NCBI GenBank assembly: GCA_965200205.1
Contig: CBDAUI010000002.1
Location: forward strand, 599,218-663,217
Direction: 5' to 3'
Length of the DNA stretch: 64,000 bases
Origin: Candidatus Poribacteria bacterium
GTDB lineage: Bacteria; Poribacteria; WGA-4E; WGA-3G
Shown: positions 1-10,329 of the stretch, one piece after another
Numbering within the stretch: position 1 is the first letter of the stretch
Layout of the letters: every line of letters begins with the position of its first letter
Notes under the pieces: model-generated
Told to the model about the DNA's origin: nothing
Database searches by the model: none
What the model saw: the letters and a program-made list of their open reading frames with translations, nothing else
Program-made: the position numbers and the translations under genes

Positions 1-467
1 AAGAGGGGATCCCGAAAAACCTGTGCACACAATATGCCAACGGCTCCGGCTGCGAGACTATAAATTACCAAGATAGCGAATGCCGCTAACGCTGCCGTGA
101 ATTGGAGATCGGTGATAAATAGCGCAACACCAGTTGATAAAAACAGCCAACACAGCACTGGGATTTGACTCAATACAAGCTGCCGTAGCAACCATCGTCC
201 AAGAGATATACGGCTGAGTGTGAGCAAGTGTGCAGTAGAAGGCGCGACCGACGCGTTGAAAAGCGCACGAAAAAAATCGCTATGAACGGTATAGGCTGCA
301 AGGTAGGTTGCTGTTAGAAGTACAACACAAACTTGCGCCATAAAAAAGCATTCTTCCGGTGAACCGAGTTCCAAATGCCGCAATAAGCGATAGGCTACCC
401 ATAACAGAAAACTCGCAATCCCGCAAGTCAGCGACACTTTTAGGATACGGCTTTGAATGTTTATCAT
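1..467 (-). CDS. Partial (5' end only) hydrophobic membrane protein; CDS continues off the window start
   Basis: Reverse-complement frame from the ATG at 465-467 (rc) stays open to position 1. The translation is helix-rich and hydrophobic (MINIQSRILKVSLTCGIASFLLWVAY...). Not in the ORF track because it has no in-window stop. Confidence 0.45.
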   Translation of the reverse strand, partial: MINIQSRILKVSLTCGIASFLLWVAYRLLRHLELGSPEECFFMAQVCVVLLTATYLAAYTVHSDFFRALFNASVAPSTAHLLTLSRISLGRWLLRQLVLSQIPVLCWLFLSTGVALFITDLQFTAALAAFAILVIYSLAAGAVGILCAQVFRDPL

Positions 468-482
468 GTCTATCACCGATTT

Positions 483-1136
483 TTATTCGTTTTTTGTTCG
501 GTCGCGCAGCCGCAAAATCGCCTCAGCGATAGAGATAAGATTCGGATTAATGACCAACGCTTGCTTGTAAGCCTCTATTGCGTCGTCGATTTTACCGAGC
601 CTGAGATAGGCGTGTCCCATTCCCGCGAATGCCCCGAAGTGATCCGGATTTAGCGAGACCGTCTGCTTACAATCCCGAACCGCTTTACTCCATTCCTCGA
701 GCATAAAGTATGCAATCGCGCGTTGGTTATAGCCTTCAGCGAAGTTCGGAGCTGCTTCAATGACCGAAGCGAATTGTTCGACGGCTTCTTGGTATGCCTC
801 GTTCTTGAGTAAATTCTTCCCATCTTCAAGCATTGCGTCAACGGCATCGTCGCCGGAGTGGGACCAGATTGCCCAGAGCGCGTACTCAGCATTGTAGCGT
901 ATGCCGCGATCTCTGTTTTTCAGTGCCTCCACCAGCGCAGGAATCACTCTTGACGTGCCGATGAGCCGAAGTGCGAACCCCGCGGCACGTCCACTTAACG
1001 GGTCCTCGCTATGAAGATAGGCTGCCAAACCGTCTTCTGAGTAGTTATCCATCAGAAGTCGCTTCAATTTTTCATCGTCCCCTGAATTCTTGAACATCAG
1101 TTTTGCTAATTCGGAAGCTCCGTTTCTCCTATACAT
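483..1136 (-). CDS. TPR and HEAT-like (PBS lyase type) repeat protein
   Basis: 217 aa; TPR-like helical repeats (AYFMLEEWSKAVRDCKQTVSLNPDH...) followed by HEAT-like repeats (VIPALVEALKNRDRGIRYNAEYALWAI). Confidence 0.7.
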   Translation of the reverse strand: MYRRNGASELAKLMFKNSGDDEKLKRLLMDNYSEDGLAAYLHSEDPLSGRAAGFALRLIGTSRVIPALVEALKNRDRGIRYNAEYALWAIWSHSGDDAVDAMLEDGKNLLKNEAYQEAVEQFASVIEAAPNFAEGYNQRAIAYFMLEEWSKAVRDCKQTVSLNPDHFGAFAGMGHAYLRLGKIDDAIEAYKQALVINPNLISIAEAILRLRDRTKNE

Positions 1137-1326
1137 CGTCGGACCTCGCTATTTTACTGATTCCTATTGCTTACAGTAATTATAACAGGTTTCTACCACA
1201 ATAACAATCTAAAACATTGATGTCCAGTAAAAAGTTTGCAATTTGCATAAATAGCTGCTACAATTTTCTGAGTAGATCCGGAGTGTTTCGATTTAAAACA
1301 TTAGAGAGTGGAGCAGCACATAAAAC

Positions 1327-2436
1327 GTGAAAAGACGAAAGATTCTCATCCTCTGCATCGATGCCGGTAGCCACGACTACTTGGCAGCGAGCGACCTCCC
1401 AAACCTTCAGAAATTGGCGGAGTCCGGCTTTTATCGGCATGCCCATGCCGTTATCCCGTCCGTTACAAATGTCAATAATGTGAGTATCGCCACCGGAACA
1501 TTTCCTGAGACGCACGGCATCACGACGAATTACCATGTAGATCGGACAACTGGTAAAGGCGAATTTATTGAAGATGACCGTTTCCTGCTTGTACCGACGC
1601 TTTTTGAAACGGCAAAAGCGTCTAAATTCGCAGAGAAAGCCGCACTATTCGTTACAAAGGAAAAATTGCTGCGGATGTTGGCATCGGGTACCGACATCGC
1701 TGTTGCAGCCGAGGCACCACCGGATGAATACATTCAGATGGCAGGACCGGTTGAACAGATTTATTCGGCAGAGATTAATTGGTGGTTGCTCCGAGCGGTA
1801 CGAGAAACATTGCGTCGGGATGACCCCGAACTCGTCTACTGCTCGACAACGGATTGGGTGCAGCACAAATACGCACCTGATGACGAACATTCCCAACAGC
1901 ATCTCGCCACACTTGATGCAATCATCGGTGAAATCGTTGATGATAATCCGGAACGCGAAATCTATATCACGGCAGACCACGGTATGTTAGCGAAGACCAG
2001 TGCACTTGATCCGGGACGTGTGCTGACGGAATGCGGTATACTTGCCAGTTCGATCCCGATTATTAAGGATCGGTACGTCGCACACCACGGCAACTTAGGC
2101 GGGGCTGCTTATGTGTTCCTCAAGAACAGAGCGGATATATCGGAAGCAGTTCAACGGTTGCTAAACACACCGGGTATTGAAGAGGCGTATTCTGCAGAAG
2201 AGGCGGCACAGACGTTTCGACTCCACCCTGAACGGATCGGAGATATTTTCGTGTTAGCAGATGAGACGACTGTCTTCGGAGAACTGGAAACTACAGTGGA
2301 ACCGACAGATGTGCGGTCACACGGCTCACGGCACGAAAGTTATGTACCGATTATCGGGTACAACAGTCCTTGGGAGGCGACAGATTTTGAATACAATCTT
2401 GATGTCGGCAGACGCTTTTTAGAGAGTTTACGTTAG
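1327..2436 (+). CDS. Nucleotide pyrophosphatase/phosphodiesterase family protein (alkaline phosphatase superfamily)
   Basis: GTG start. N-terminal metal-site motif ILCIDAGSHDYL and HGITTNY, typical of type I phosphodiesterase/NPP; 369 aa. Confidence 0.75.
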   Translation: MKRRKILILCIDAGSHDYLAASDLPNLQKLAESGFYRHAHAVIPSVTNVNNVSIATGTFPETHGITTNYHVDRTTGKGEFIEDDRFLLVPTLFETAKASKFAEKAALFVTKEKLLRMLASGTDIAVAAEAPPDEYIQMAGPVEQIYSAEINWWLLRAVRETLRRDDPELVYCSTTDWVQHKYAPDDEHSQQHLATLDAIIGEIVDDNPEREIYITADHGMLAKTSALDPGRVLTECGILASSIPIIKDRYVAHHGNLGGAAYVFLKNRADISEAVQRLLNTPGIEEAYSAEEAAQTFRLHPERIGDIFVLADETTVFGELETTVEPTDVRSHGSRHESYVPIIGYNSPWEATDFEYNLDVGRRFLESLR

Positions 2437-2698
2437 CCAAAGCAGTGTGCTCTATAGAGACAAAGAATGTAGAGATGGCGGTTGGCCCATGACATCTCCA
2501 AATCCGAATGCCAGAAATATGGATACTGGAAAGAAATTGGTCGATCTAAGCTACAAATTGGTTGGATTAACCTAAGTTCCATAGATAAGTTGTAGAAAAC
2601 GCATCGTGTCTGTTTTCATAATTTAGGTGTTTCACAACGCGCAACGAACAGGTTGCGCTACCAATACAGAACTCACGTTATACAATAAGGAGAAAAAT

Positions 2699-3307
2699 AT
2701 GTTATCAGAAAAAGAGAAAAACGAAGGCTGGATTTCCCTTTTCGATGGTGAAACGCTCAACGGTTGGGGAGCCACTGGAAAGGATGAAGGATGGGTCATT
2801 GACGATGGCAGTATCCTATGCACCGTTCAAGGCGGCAAATACCTCTATACAGAGGCACAGTACGACAACTTTGTCCTATCACTCGATTACAAAACCGAGC
2901 CGAAGGTTAACAGTGGGATTTTCATCCGTTGGGCAGACCTGAATAACCCTGTTCAGACCGGACTCGAAATCCAGATTTTGGACACACCCGGCAAAGAACC
3001 GACGACGAACCACGACTGCGGTGCGCTTTACGATGCCTTAGGACCGACCCGGAATACTTGTAAACCCGCCGGTGAATGGAATACGATGGTCATCACATGC
3101 GACGGTAGTATCGTTGCCGTGACCCTCAACGACGAAGAAATTGTCCGAGCGGATTTGGATGAATGGGATACACCGCACCGAAACCCGGATGGCAGCAGGA
3201 ATAAGTTCGGCATCGCGCTCAAAGATTTTCCGCGAAATGGACACATCGGCATCCAAGACCACGGCGGTAAGATCTGGTGCAAAAACATTAAAGTCAAACC
3301 GCTATAG
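2699..3307 (+). CDS. DUF1080 (3-keto-disaccharide hydrolase) family protein
   Basis: WISLFDGETLNGW...NSGIFIR...GLEIQILD...GEWN...IGIQDHGGKIWCKNIKVKP matches the DUF1080 jelly-roll signature end to end. Start moved to the internal ATG at 2699, preceded by AAGGAG. Confidence 0.8.
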   Translation: MLSEKEKNEGWISLFDGETLNGWGATGKDEGWVIDDGSILCTVQGGKYLYTEAQYDNFVLSLDYKTEPKVNSGIFIRWADLNNPVQTGLEIQILDTPGKEPTTNHDCGALYDALGPTRNTCKPAGEWNTMVITCDGSIVAVTLNDEEIVRADLDEWDTPHRNPDGSRNKFGIALKDFPRNGHIGIQDHGGKIWCKNIKVKPL

Positions 3308-3453
3308 GTTTTTAGCCGTCAGCCATCAGTTTTCAGTTGGCTGATAACTGACAATGACAACCATTGAAACTGATGGCTGGTTGCTGATCGCTGACGGCTG
3401 CCAACTAAATTCTATGGACAATTCAACAAGCGTTGTGGTATACTATATACACT

Positions 3454-5259
3454 ATGTCAACGAATCTTGAAAACATACGGAATTTCTGTATTTTAGGACA
3501 CATCGACCACGGGAAAAGCACACTCAGTGACCGGTTTATTGAGCATACGAACACGCTCGCCGAGCGCGAGATGCGGGCACAGGTGCTTGACCTGATGGAC
3601 CTGGAGCGTGAACGCGGTATCACTATTAAAGCGACCGCTGTTAAACTCCACTATCCTGCTACCGACGGAAACCGTTACGAGCTTAACTTGATTGATACGC
3701 CGGGACACGTCGATTTTACCTACGAGGTCTCACGTAGCCTTGCGGCGTGCGAAGGCGCGATTTTAATTGTTGATGCCGCCCAAGGCGTTGAAGCACAAAC
3801 TTTGGCAAACGCCTATCTTGCCATCGACAACGACCTCGAAATTATCCCGGTCGTCAATAAAATAGATTTACCGACGGCGCGCCCTGATGAAGCCAGACGA
3901 CAGATAGAAGAGGTTATCGGCATCCCCGCAGACGACGCACTCCTCGTGAGTGCGAAAATGGGGATCGGTATCCCTGCTATATTGGAAGCAGTCGTCAATC
4001 GTATCCCCGCACCTACCGGTGAAACAGAAGCACCGTTGAAAGCACTTGTGCTCGATTCTGTGTACGATAACTATCGCGGTGTCATCATGTACACCCGAAT
4101 TTTCGATGGCAGCGTCAAACCGGGTGATAAGATCCAGCTCATGAAGACGAGACGTGCTTATGAGGTTGAAGAGGTCGGTATCTTCACACCAGAGATGCAC
4201 CCAGCGACGGGTTTGGACACCGGTGCAGTCGGTTATCTCATCGCAGGCATCCGGGATATAGACAATGCGAAAATTGGCGATACAATCACGCACCATAAGA
4301 AACCGACGGCTGCGCCGCTGCCCGGCTATCGTGAAATGAAACCGCTTGTGTTCAGCGGTCTGTATCCGGCAGATACGAACCAATTTCCGGCGTTGCGAGA
4401 GGCACTCGAGAAACTGCGTCTCAACGATTCCTCCTTCAATTTTGAACCCGAAACTTCTGTCGCACTCGGCTTCGGTTTTCGGTGCGGTTTTCTCGGATTG
4501 CTCCACATGGAGATCATCCATGAACGTCTTGAACGTGAATTTGGACTTGAACTCGTCCGGACAGCACCGAGTGTGATGTACCGTGTCTATTTAAAAACCG
4601 GTGAGTACATATCTGTTGATAACCCTGCACACCTCCCAGAGCCGAATAATATTGAACATATTGAGGAGCCGTATGTCAATATTGACATTATCGTGCCGCG
4701 CGAGTACATCGGCAATGCGATGGAACTTTGTCAGAAGCGGCGGGGTGTATATAAACGGATGAACCAATTGGACGCAAGTCGTGTACAATTGCTCTATGAA
4801 CTTCCGCTCAGCGAAATGTTGACTGATTTTTACCCGAAACTGAAGTCCTTGACGCGTGGATACGGATCATTGGAATACGACATTGGCGCGTATAAACCTG
4901 AAAAGTTAGTGAAACTTGATGTGCTGCTTAACGGCAATCCGGTGGACGCGCTCTCTACGATTTTACCACGCGACACAGCGGAAACACGTGGAAAGGCGTT
5001 GGTGACGAAATTAAAAGAGGTAATACCGCGTCAGATGTTTGAGGTACCGGTTCAAGCGGCGATTGGTAACAAAATTGTCGCACGTGAAACTGTACGCGCC
5101 CTCCGAAAAAATGTTACAGCGAAATGCTACGGGGGTGATGTATCGCGAAAACGGAAATTGTTAGAGAAGCAGAAAGAGGGTAAAAAGCGGCTCAAGCAGA
5201 TCGGTAGGGTTGACGTACCGCAAGAAGCGTTCACAGCGATGCTCGCAACTGATGAATAA
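3454..5259 (+). CDS. lepA: Elongation factor 4 (LepA)
   Basis: [21 protein letters not shown]-domain and ~600 aa length; conserved lepA-lepB synteny. Confidence 0.95.
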   Translation: MSTNLENIRNFCILGHIDHGKSTLSDRFIEHTNTLAEREMRAQVLDLMDLERERGITIKATAVKLHYPATDGNRYELNLIDTPGHVDFTYEVSRSLAACEGAILIVDAAQGVEAQTLANAYLAIDNDLEIIPVVNKIDLPTARPDEARRQIEEVIGIPADDALLVSAKMGIGIPAILEAVVNRIPAPTGETEAPLKALVLDSVYDNYRGVIMYTRIFDGSVKPGDKIQLMKTRRAYEVEEVGIFTPEMHPATGLDTGAVGYLIAGIRDIDNAKIGDTITHHKKPTAAPLPGYREMKPLVFSGLYPADTNQFPALREALEKLRLNDSSFNFEPETSVALGFGFRCGFLGLLHMEIIHERLEREFGLELVRTAPSVMYRVYLKTGEYISVDNPAHLPEPNNIEHIEEPYVNIDIIVPREYIGNAMELCQKRRGVYKRMNQLDASRVQLLYELPLSEMLTDFYPKLKSLTRGYGSLEYDIGAYKPEKLVKLDVLLNGNPVDALSTILPRDTAETRGKALVTKLKEVIPRQMFEVPVQAAIGNKIVARETVRALRKNVTAKCYGGDVSRKRKLLEKQKEGKKRLKQIGRVDVPQEAFTAMLATDE

Positions 5260-5286
5260 TACCAAATCTAAATAACAATATAATGG

Positions 5287-6072
5287 ATGTGCCCGCAAAT
5301 GAACAAAACAATACTATCTAAACAGGAAAAAATAAAAAAATGGTTGCGAGAGCAGGCACTGCCTTTTGTCGTTTTATTGATTCTCATGTTCGGTTTTGTC
5401 CGTCCTTTTGTTGTTGAGGCGTATAGAATCCCTTCTGGCTCGATGGAGGATACACTGCTTGTTGGTGACCATATTTTCGTGTGTAAGTTTATCTATGGCG
5501 TTAAAATCCCCGGCACAGAGATAAAAATCTTTGATGTCCATCAACCTGCGCGCGGCGATGTCTTCGTCTTTATTCCATCACATGACGAGCGACATTTTAT
5601 CAAGCGTATGATAGCCATTGAAGGCGATACCGTTGAGACGCGTGGTGATACGCTTTATGTAAACGGTGAACCAGTTGATGATAGCCACTACACGAAATAT
5701 ATGAAATTTAGCCACTTTAAAAGAGATTTTCCGCCATTCCGAAGTCCAGAATATATACCGGCAGGTGAGAATTTCGACGATTATACTTTAACCGCAAGTC
5801 AATTCCGACGTGAGTTTCCCGATGGTAAGTCGTTTGTTGTGCCGAAAGGGATGGTTTTTGCGATGGGTGATAATCGCGATCTGAGCAGCGATAGTCGAGC
5901 TTGGGGACCGGTATCCGTAGATGACATCAAGGGACAGGCTTTCATGATTTGGTGGTCGGTTGCGGATCGTCCCGTAAAGTTCTGGGAGGTTTGGAAATTG
6001 GTGAGCAATATACGGTTTAATCGAATCGGCAAGCTGATCCGTTCTGAACCGGAATCGTTCAAAGCAAACTAA
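5287..6072 (+). CDS. lepB: Signal peptidase I
   Basis: S26 motifs IPSGSMEDTLLVGDHIFV (Ser box) and GDNRDLSSDSRAWGPV (Lys/Asp box); N-terminal TM helix. Confidence 0.9.
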   Translation: MCPQMNKTILSKQEKIKKWLREQALPFVVLLILMFGFVRPFVVEAYRIPSGSMEDTLLVGDHIFVCKFIYGVKIPGTEIKIFDVHQPARGDVFVFIPSHDERHFIKRMIAIEGDTVETRGDTLYVNGEPVDDSHYTKYMKFSHFKRDFPPFRSPEYIPAGENFDDYTLTASQFRREFPDGKSFVVPKGMVFAMGDNRDLSSDSRAWGPVSVDDIKGQAFMIWWSVADRPVKFWEVWKLVSNIRFNRIGKLIRSEPESFKAN

Positions 6073-6118
6073 ACCGGAAGAGGAGAGCATACTTTATTCG
6101 TAAAGGCGATACAATATC

Positions 6119-6886
6119 ATGAGTGATAACGACATCCAATTATCTAAATGGCAAAAATTTCGGAAAACCGTTACATGGGAATATACACAAGTAATCGTTG
6201 TGGCACTCATTCTCGTTTTCGGGTTCATACGTCCTTTCGTCGTTGAGGCGTTCAAGATTCCCTCCGGTTCAATGGAAGACACGCTCCTTATCGGGGATAG
6301 AATTCTGGTCTGTAAATTTATCTACGGCATTAAAATCCCGGGCACAGACATCAAGGTTCTCGATTTCCATAAGCCTGCCCGTGGCGACGTTTTCGTTTTC
6401 CTGCCACCGCATGACCGAGAACGAAACTTCATCAAACGCATCGTAGCGGTCGAAGGGGATACGATTGAAACACGCGGCAATACACTCTACGTGAACGGTG
6501 AAGCCGTTGATGATGGACACTATGCAAAATATGTTGCTTTCAGCCACTTTAAGAAAGATTTTCCGCCGTTCCGTCAACCCGAGTATCTGCCGGATACTGA
6601 GGAATTCTCCGATTATACCTTAACCTCGAGTCAGTTTAGACGCAAGTTTCCTGACGGCAAGTCGTTTACAGTCCCGAAAGGTAAGGTTTTCGCGATGGGA
6701 GACAACCGCGACCAGAGTAGCGATAGCCGCTCCTGGGGACCCGTAGATGTCAGCGACATTAAGGGGCAAGCGTTTATGGTGTATTGGTCATCTAATATGC
6801 GTCCGATAAAGATATGGGAAGTCTGGAAACTGGTTGGGAATGTCCGGTTCAATCGGATTGGTAAACTCATTCACGCGCATCGTTAA
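6119..6886 (+). CDS. lepB: Signal peptidase I, tandem paralog
   Basis: Same S26 motifs (IPSGSMEDTLLIGDRILV; GDNRDQSSDSRSWGPV); ~75% aa identity to the upstream copy by eye. Confidence 0.9.
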   Translation: MSDNDIQLSKWQKFRKTVTWEYTQVIVVALILVFGFIRPFVVEAFKIPSGSMEDTLLIGDRILVCKFIYGIKIPGTDIKVLDFHKPARGDVFVFLPPHDRERNFIKRIVAVEGDTIETRGNTLYVNGEAVDDGHYAKYVAFSHFKKDFPPFRQPEYLPDTEEFSDYTLTSSQFRRKFPDGKSFTVPKGKVFAMGDNRDQSSDSRSWGPVDVSDIKGQAFMVYWSSNMRPIKIWEVWKLVGNVRFNRIGKLIHAHR

Positions 6887-6921
6887 TGCCTCTTATGCCT
6901 ACGACATGACTGGATGAATCC

Positions 6922-8862
6922 ATGCATCAAGATCAACGCCACGTTATCATCGGAACCGCAGGACATGTTGACCACGGGAAAACAGCACTCGTTGGCGCGC
7001 TCACCGGTATGGAGACAGACCGACTCAAGGAAGAACGCGAGCGCGGCATGTCTATTGAGTTGGGTTTCGCTTATTTCGATTTACCGGATAACTCACGTGC
7101 CGGTATCGTTGATGTACCCGGACACGAAAAATTCATCCGCAGTATGCTCTCCGGTGCCTACGGTATGGATATTGTTCTCTTTGTTGTCGATGCGAAGGAA
7201 GGCGTACAGGAACAGACGCTCGAACATTTGGCAATTCTGGACCTGCTCGGAATCTCGAACGGTATCCTCGTCATGACAAAATCTGACTTGGCAACCGCTG
7301 ATGAATTGGCTGAAGCCGCTGAAATGACACAAGAGATGCTCGTCGGTACAAGCCTCGAAGATATACCGACTGTCAGTGTTTCTGCAATAACCGGTGCTGG
7401 CATTGAAACGTTGAAGCAGACAATTGTTGAGCAGGTGACACTCGCAACGAAATCGGAAGAGAATGACGGTATTCCGAGATTATATGTTGATCGCGTGTTT
7501 ACTGTTCAAGGCTTCGGCGTTGTTGTAACGGGGACACTTATCGGTGGCTCCATTAATCGAGAGCAGCGGATGGTACTGCTACCGCAAGGTGATGTCGTTC
7601 GGGTTCGCGGGATACAGGTACACAATGAACCTGCGTCGGTCGCTTACGCGGGTCAGAGGACAGCCTTAAACCTCTCAGGGATGTCTGCTCAGGACATCCA
7701 GCGCGGCGATGTCCTCTGTCCTATCGACTATTCACAAGTGACCGACAACATAGACGTGTCTTTACAAGTGTTGTCTTCGTTTCCGCGAATCATTGAGCAT
7801 TGGAGCCGTTTCCGCGCGTATCTCGGTACCCGTGAGATATTTTGTCGGTTAATCCTGCTGGTGGATGAGGCGATTCTCCCCGGAGATAAAGTACAGGTAC
7901 AACTCCGTTTAGAACAACCGATTTTGACGTTTAGGGGCGACCGAATTATCATACGCGATTTCTCGGCACAACATACAGTCGGTGGCGGCGAGGTGATCAA
8001 TCCGTTTGCGCCGAAGCATAAACGATTCACGCCAGAGACCATTGCGACTTTAGCAGCGTGGGAAGAAGCCGATGACGCGCAGATCGTCAATATCGTACTG
8101 GCGAATAGCGAAACTCTCTGCGTTCCGGAATCGTTTCTCTATTACTATCTGCCGCACTCGCAAACGGATGTGAAAGCCATTTTAGACATGCTCAAGGCAG
8201 AAGGGAAAATTGTCCGTTGGGTGGAATCTGGGAGGCAACCCATCGTCTCGGATGCAGAACGGACGGAAACAGTTAAGGCACAAATGGTAGACGCGCTTAG
8301 CGCGTTTCACGAGGCGCAGCCGCTCCTTGCAGGGCAAAATGCCTCACAACTTCGCCGAAAACTAAGCCTCGATGAACAGAGTTTTGAAAGACTCGCGAAC
8401 CGACTCATTAAGGAGCACCAACTCGTTAAAGATGGGAATTTACTCCGGTTAGCCTCTCACGAAATCCAGTTCTCTCAAGAAGAGGAGACTGCGAAAGAGA
8501 AATTAGAACAACTGTTTTTGGAAGCCGGTATGAATACGCCGACGCTAAATGAACTCAGCACACTGCTGCCAGAATATACACCGAAAGTTCTTGAGTCTAC
8601 ATTTTACGCGCTTTTAAACTTGGGACGGTTTCTTAAAATAGCAGAAAACTTTTTCATCCATAAAACAAGATTTGAGGAAATCAGCGACACATTAACGACA
8701 TATCTACGTGAAAATGGGACGATAACTGTTGCGGAGTTCCGAGAAACCGCCGGGACTTCGCGGAAGTATGCCGTACCTTTTTTAGAGTACTGCGATACGC
8801 AGAATCTTACGGTGCGCGATGGGAACATCCGAAGGTTACATCCACGGCATTTGGAAACATGA
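6922..8862 (+). CDS. selB: Selenocysteine-specific elongation factor SelB
   Basis: [13 protein letters not shown]...DVPGHEKF G-domain with a SelB-type long C-terminal winged-helix extension (646 aa); tRNA-Sec lies immediately downstream. Confidence 0.9.
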   Translation: MHQDQRHVIIGTAGHVDHGKTALVGALTGMETDRLKEERERGMSIELGFAYFDLPDNSRAGIVDVPGHEKFIRSMLSGAYGMDIVLFVVDAKEGVQEQTLEHLAILDLLGISNGILVMTKSDLATADELAEAAEMTQEMLVGTSLEDIPTVSVSAITGAGIETLKQTIVEQVTLATKSEENDGIPRLYVDRVFTVQGFGVVVTGTLIGGSINREQRMVLLPQGDVVRVRGIQVHNEPASVAYAGQRTALNLSGMSAQDIQRGDVLCPIDYSQVTDNIDVSLQVLSSFPRIIEHWSRFRAYLGTREIFCRLILLVDEAILPGDKVQVQLRLEQPILTFRGDRIIIRDFSAQHTVGGGEVINPFAPKHKRFTPETIATLAAWEEADDAQIVNIVLANSETLCVPESFLYYYLPHSQTDVKAILDMLKAEGKIVRWVESGRQPIVSDAERTETVKAQMVDALSAFHEAQPLLAGQNASQLRRKLSLDEQSFERLANRLIKEHQLVKDGNLLRLASHEIQFSQEEETAKEKLEQLFLEAGMNTPTLNELSTLLPEYTPKVLESTFYALLNLGRFLKIAENFFIHKTRFEEISDTLTTYLRENGTITVAEFRETAGTSRKYAVPFLEYCDTQNLTVRDGNIRRLHPRHLET

Positions 8863-8883
8863 TTTGGGAGTTTAAAAAATTAT

Positions 8884-8977
8884 GGGGGAGGATAGGGTCC
8901 GGTGGCCCTACCGGTCTTCAAAACCGGATAGTCCATACACGTGGATTGGTGGGTTCGACTCCCACCCTCTCCCGCCA
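8884..8977 (+). tRNA. selC: tRNA-Sec (selenocysteine tRNA, anticodon UCA)
   Basis: 94 nt. 8-bp acceptor stem GGGGGAGG/CCTCTCCC (one G-U). Anticodon stem CCGGT/ACCGG with loop CTTCAAA, anticodon TCA at 8918-8920. Long variable arm. 5-bp T-stem GTGGG/CCCAC with TTCGACT loop. Discriminator G plus encoded CCA. The 8/5 acceptor/T geometry is the bacterial tRNA-Sec form. Confidence 0.85.
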
Positions 8978-9093
8978 TCGGCTGAGAAATAGCCCATTTT
9001 TGAAAGGTTCGTGCCTTACCGAGATCTTCCTGACAGTTCCCGTTAGGGCGAAATTAAAAAATGCTGAAAACGCTCCCCATAGTTGATACCCCC

Positions 9094-9975
9094 ATGATTC
9101 GCACAAAAGCAGCGCAAAACCGACATCCGGCATGGATAAAGGCGCGAATTCCCGGCGGCGGTAGTTACGCTGAACTGAAGAAACTCATGCGGGATCTACA
9201 ACTTCATACCGTCTGTGAAGAGGCGCGATGCCCGAATATAGGCGAATGTTGGAACAGTCGCACCGCAACCTTCATGATATTGGGAGATGTTTGCACGCGG
9301 CGATGTATGTTTTGCGCTGTGAAAAAAGGGAATCCTGATGGAAATGTTGATACCGATGAACCGCGACGGCTCGGGGAAGCGGTCGGTTATCTAAAACTGA
9401 ACCATGTTGTGATTACGTCCGTCAACCGTGATGATCTTAGCGATGGGGGCGCGAGTGTTTTCGCTGAATGTATCGCCGAAGCGCGGAAACATCGCCCCGG
9501 ATGCACTGTAGAGGTTCTTATCCCAGACCTTGAAGGGAATTGGGATGCACTCGGCGTTATCGTGAAAGCCAGACCCGAAGTGCTGAACCACAATACTGAG
9601 ACCGTACCACGTCTCTATCGTCGTGTCCGTCCGTATGCAAATTACCAGCAGACGCTAACGCTCCTACGAATCAGTAAGCGGCTTGATACCGAGATGCTCA
9701 CAAAATCCGGGCTCATGGTCGGTTTAGGCGAAACTGTGACTGAGCTCTTGGAGACAATGCAAGACATTCGTCGTACCGATTGCGATATTCTTACGATAGG
9801 GCAATATCTCTCACCATCTCCACGGCACCTGCCGATCCAACGCTACTATACGCCTGAAGAGTTTAATGAACTCAAGGAAGCCGGTATGGAAATGGGGTTC
9901 CGACATGTAGAGTCGGGACCGCTCGTTCGGAGTTCTTACCACGCAGGCGAGCAAGCGCGAATAGGGCAGTGCTAA
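9094..9975 (+). CDS. lipA: Lipoyl synthase
   Basis: CEEARCPNIGECW auxiliary Fe-S cluster motif and radical-SAM CTRRCMFC motif; start may instead be 9061. Confidence 0.9.
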   Translation: MIRTKAAQNRHPAWIKARIPGGGSYAELKKLMRDLQLHTVCEEARCPNIGECWNSRTATFMILGDVCTRRCMFCAVKKGNPDGNVDTDEPRRLGEAVGYLKLNHVVITSVNRDDLSDGGASVFAECIAEARKHRPGCTVEVLIPDLEGNWDALGVIVKARPEVLNHNTETVPRLYRRVRPYANYQQTLTLLRISKRLDTEMLTKSGLMVGLGETVTELLETMQDIRRTDCDILTIGQYLSPSPRHLPIQRYYTPEEFNELKEAGMEMGFRHVESGPLVRSSYHAGEQARIGQC

Positions 9976-10217
9976 CAGGCGTGTCCATTTCAGTATTTAG
10001 ACACCATTTAGAACTACGATTTCTGATCGAAAATTTTCGGTATTTACATAAAACCTGATTTTTGCTAAACTACTTAGGAGTTGGATGCACTCTGTTTGCA
10101 GGCGAGGTTTCATGAAGATTAAAAAATTAATTCGGTAATTTATTGACGAAGCCGATGCAGTTGCAAACCGTACTATTAAGTGTCAATTTTAGAAATAACA
10201 ACCGTCGCAGACCCAGG

Positions 10218-10262
10218 TCTGGTAGGTTCGGTTTGCAACCGAACCGGATTCTACGCGGAAAT
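10218..10262. repeat. Dispersed ~45-bp palindromic hairpin element, copy 1
   Basis: tcYGGTAGGTTCGGTTTGCAACCGAACCGGATTCTACGCGGAAAT; 44/45 identical to 55615-55660; 9-bp stem GGTTCGGTT/AACCGAACC. Confidence 0.7.
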
Positions 10263-10329
10263 ATTGAAGACTTCAAGAGCCTCTTCAGTCGCGTCGCGAC
10301 GTTATATTTATAGCAGCTGAGGAAAGTGA

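Noticed and set aside
3868-4521. 217-aa antisense ORF inside lepA
   Set aside because: Entirely within the strongly supported lepA coding region on the opposite strand; typical shadow ORF.
8859-9133. Track ORFs 8859-9086 (+) and 8918-9133 (-)
   Set aside because: They overlap the tRNA-Sec gene and the lipA leader; no RBS or protein-like composition; explained by the tRNA.
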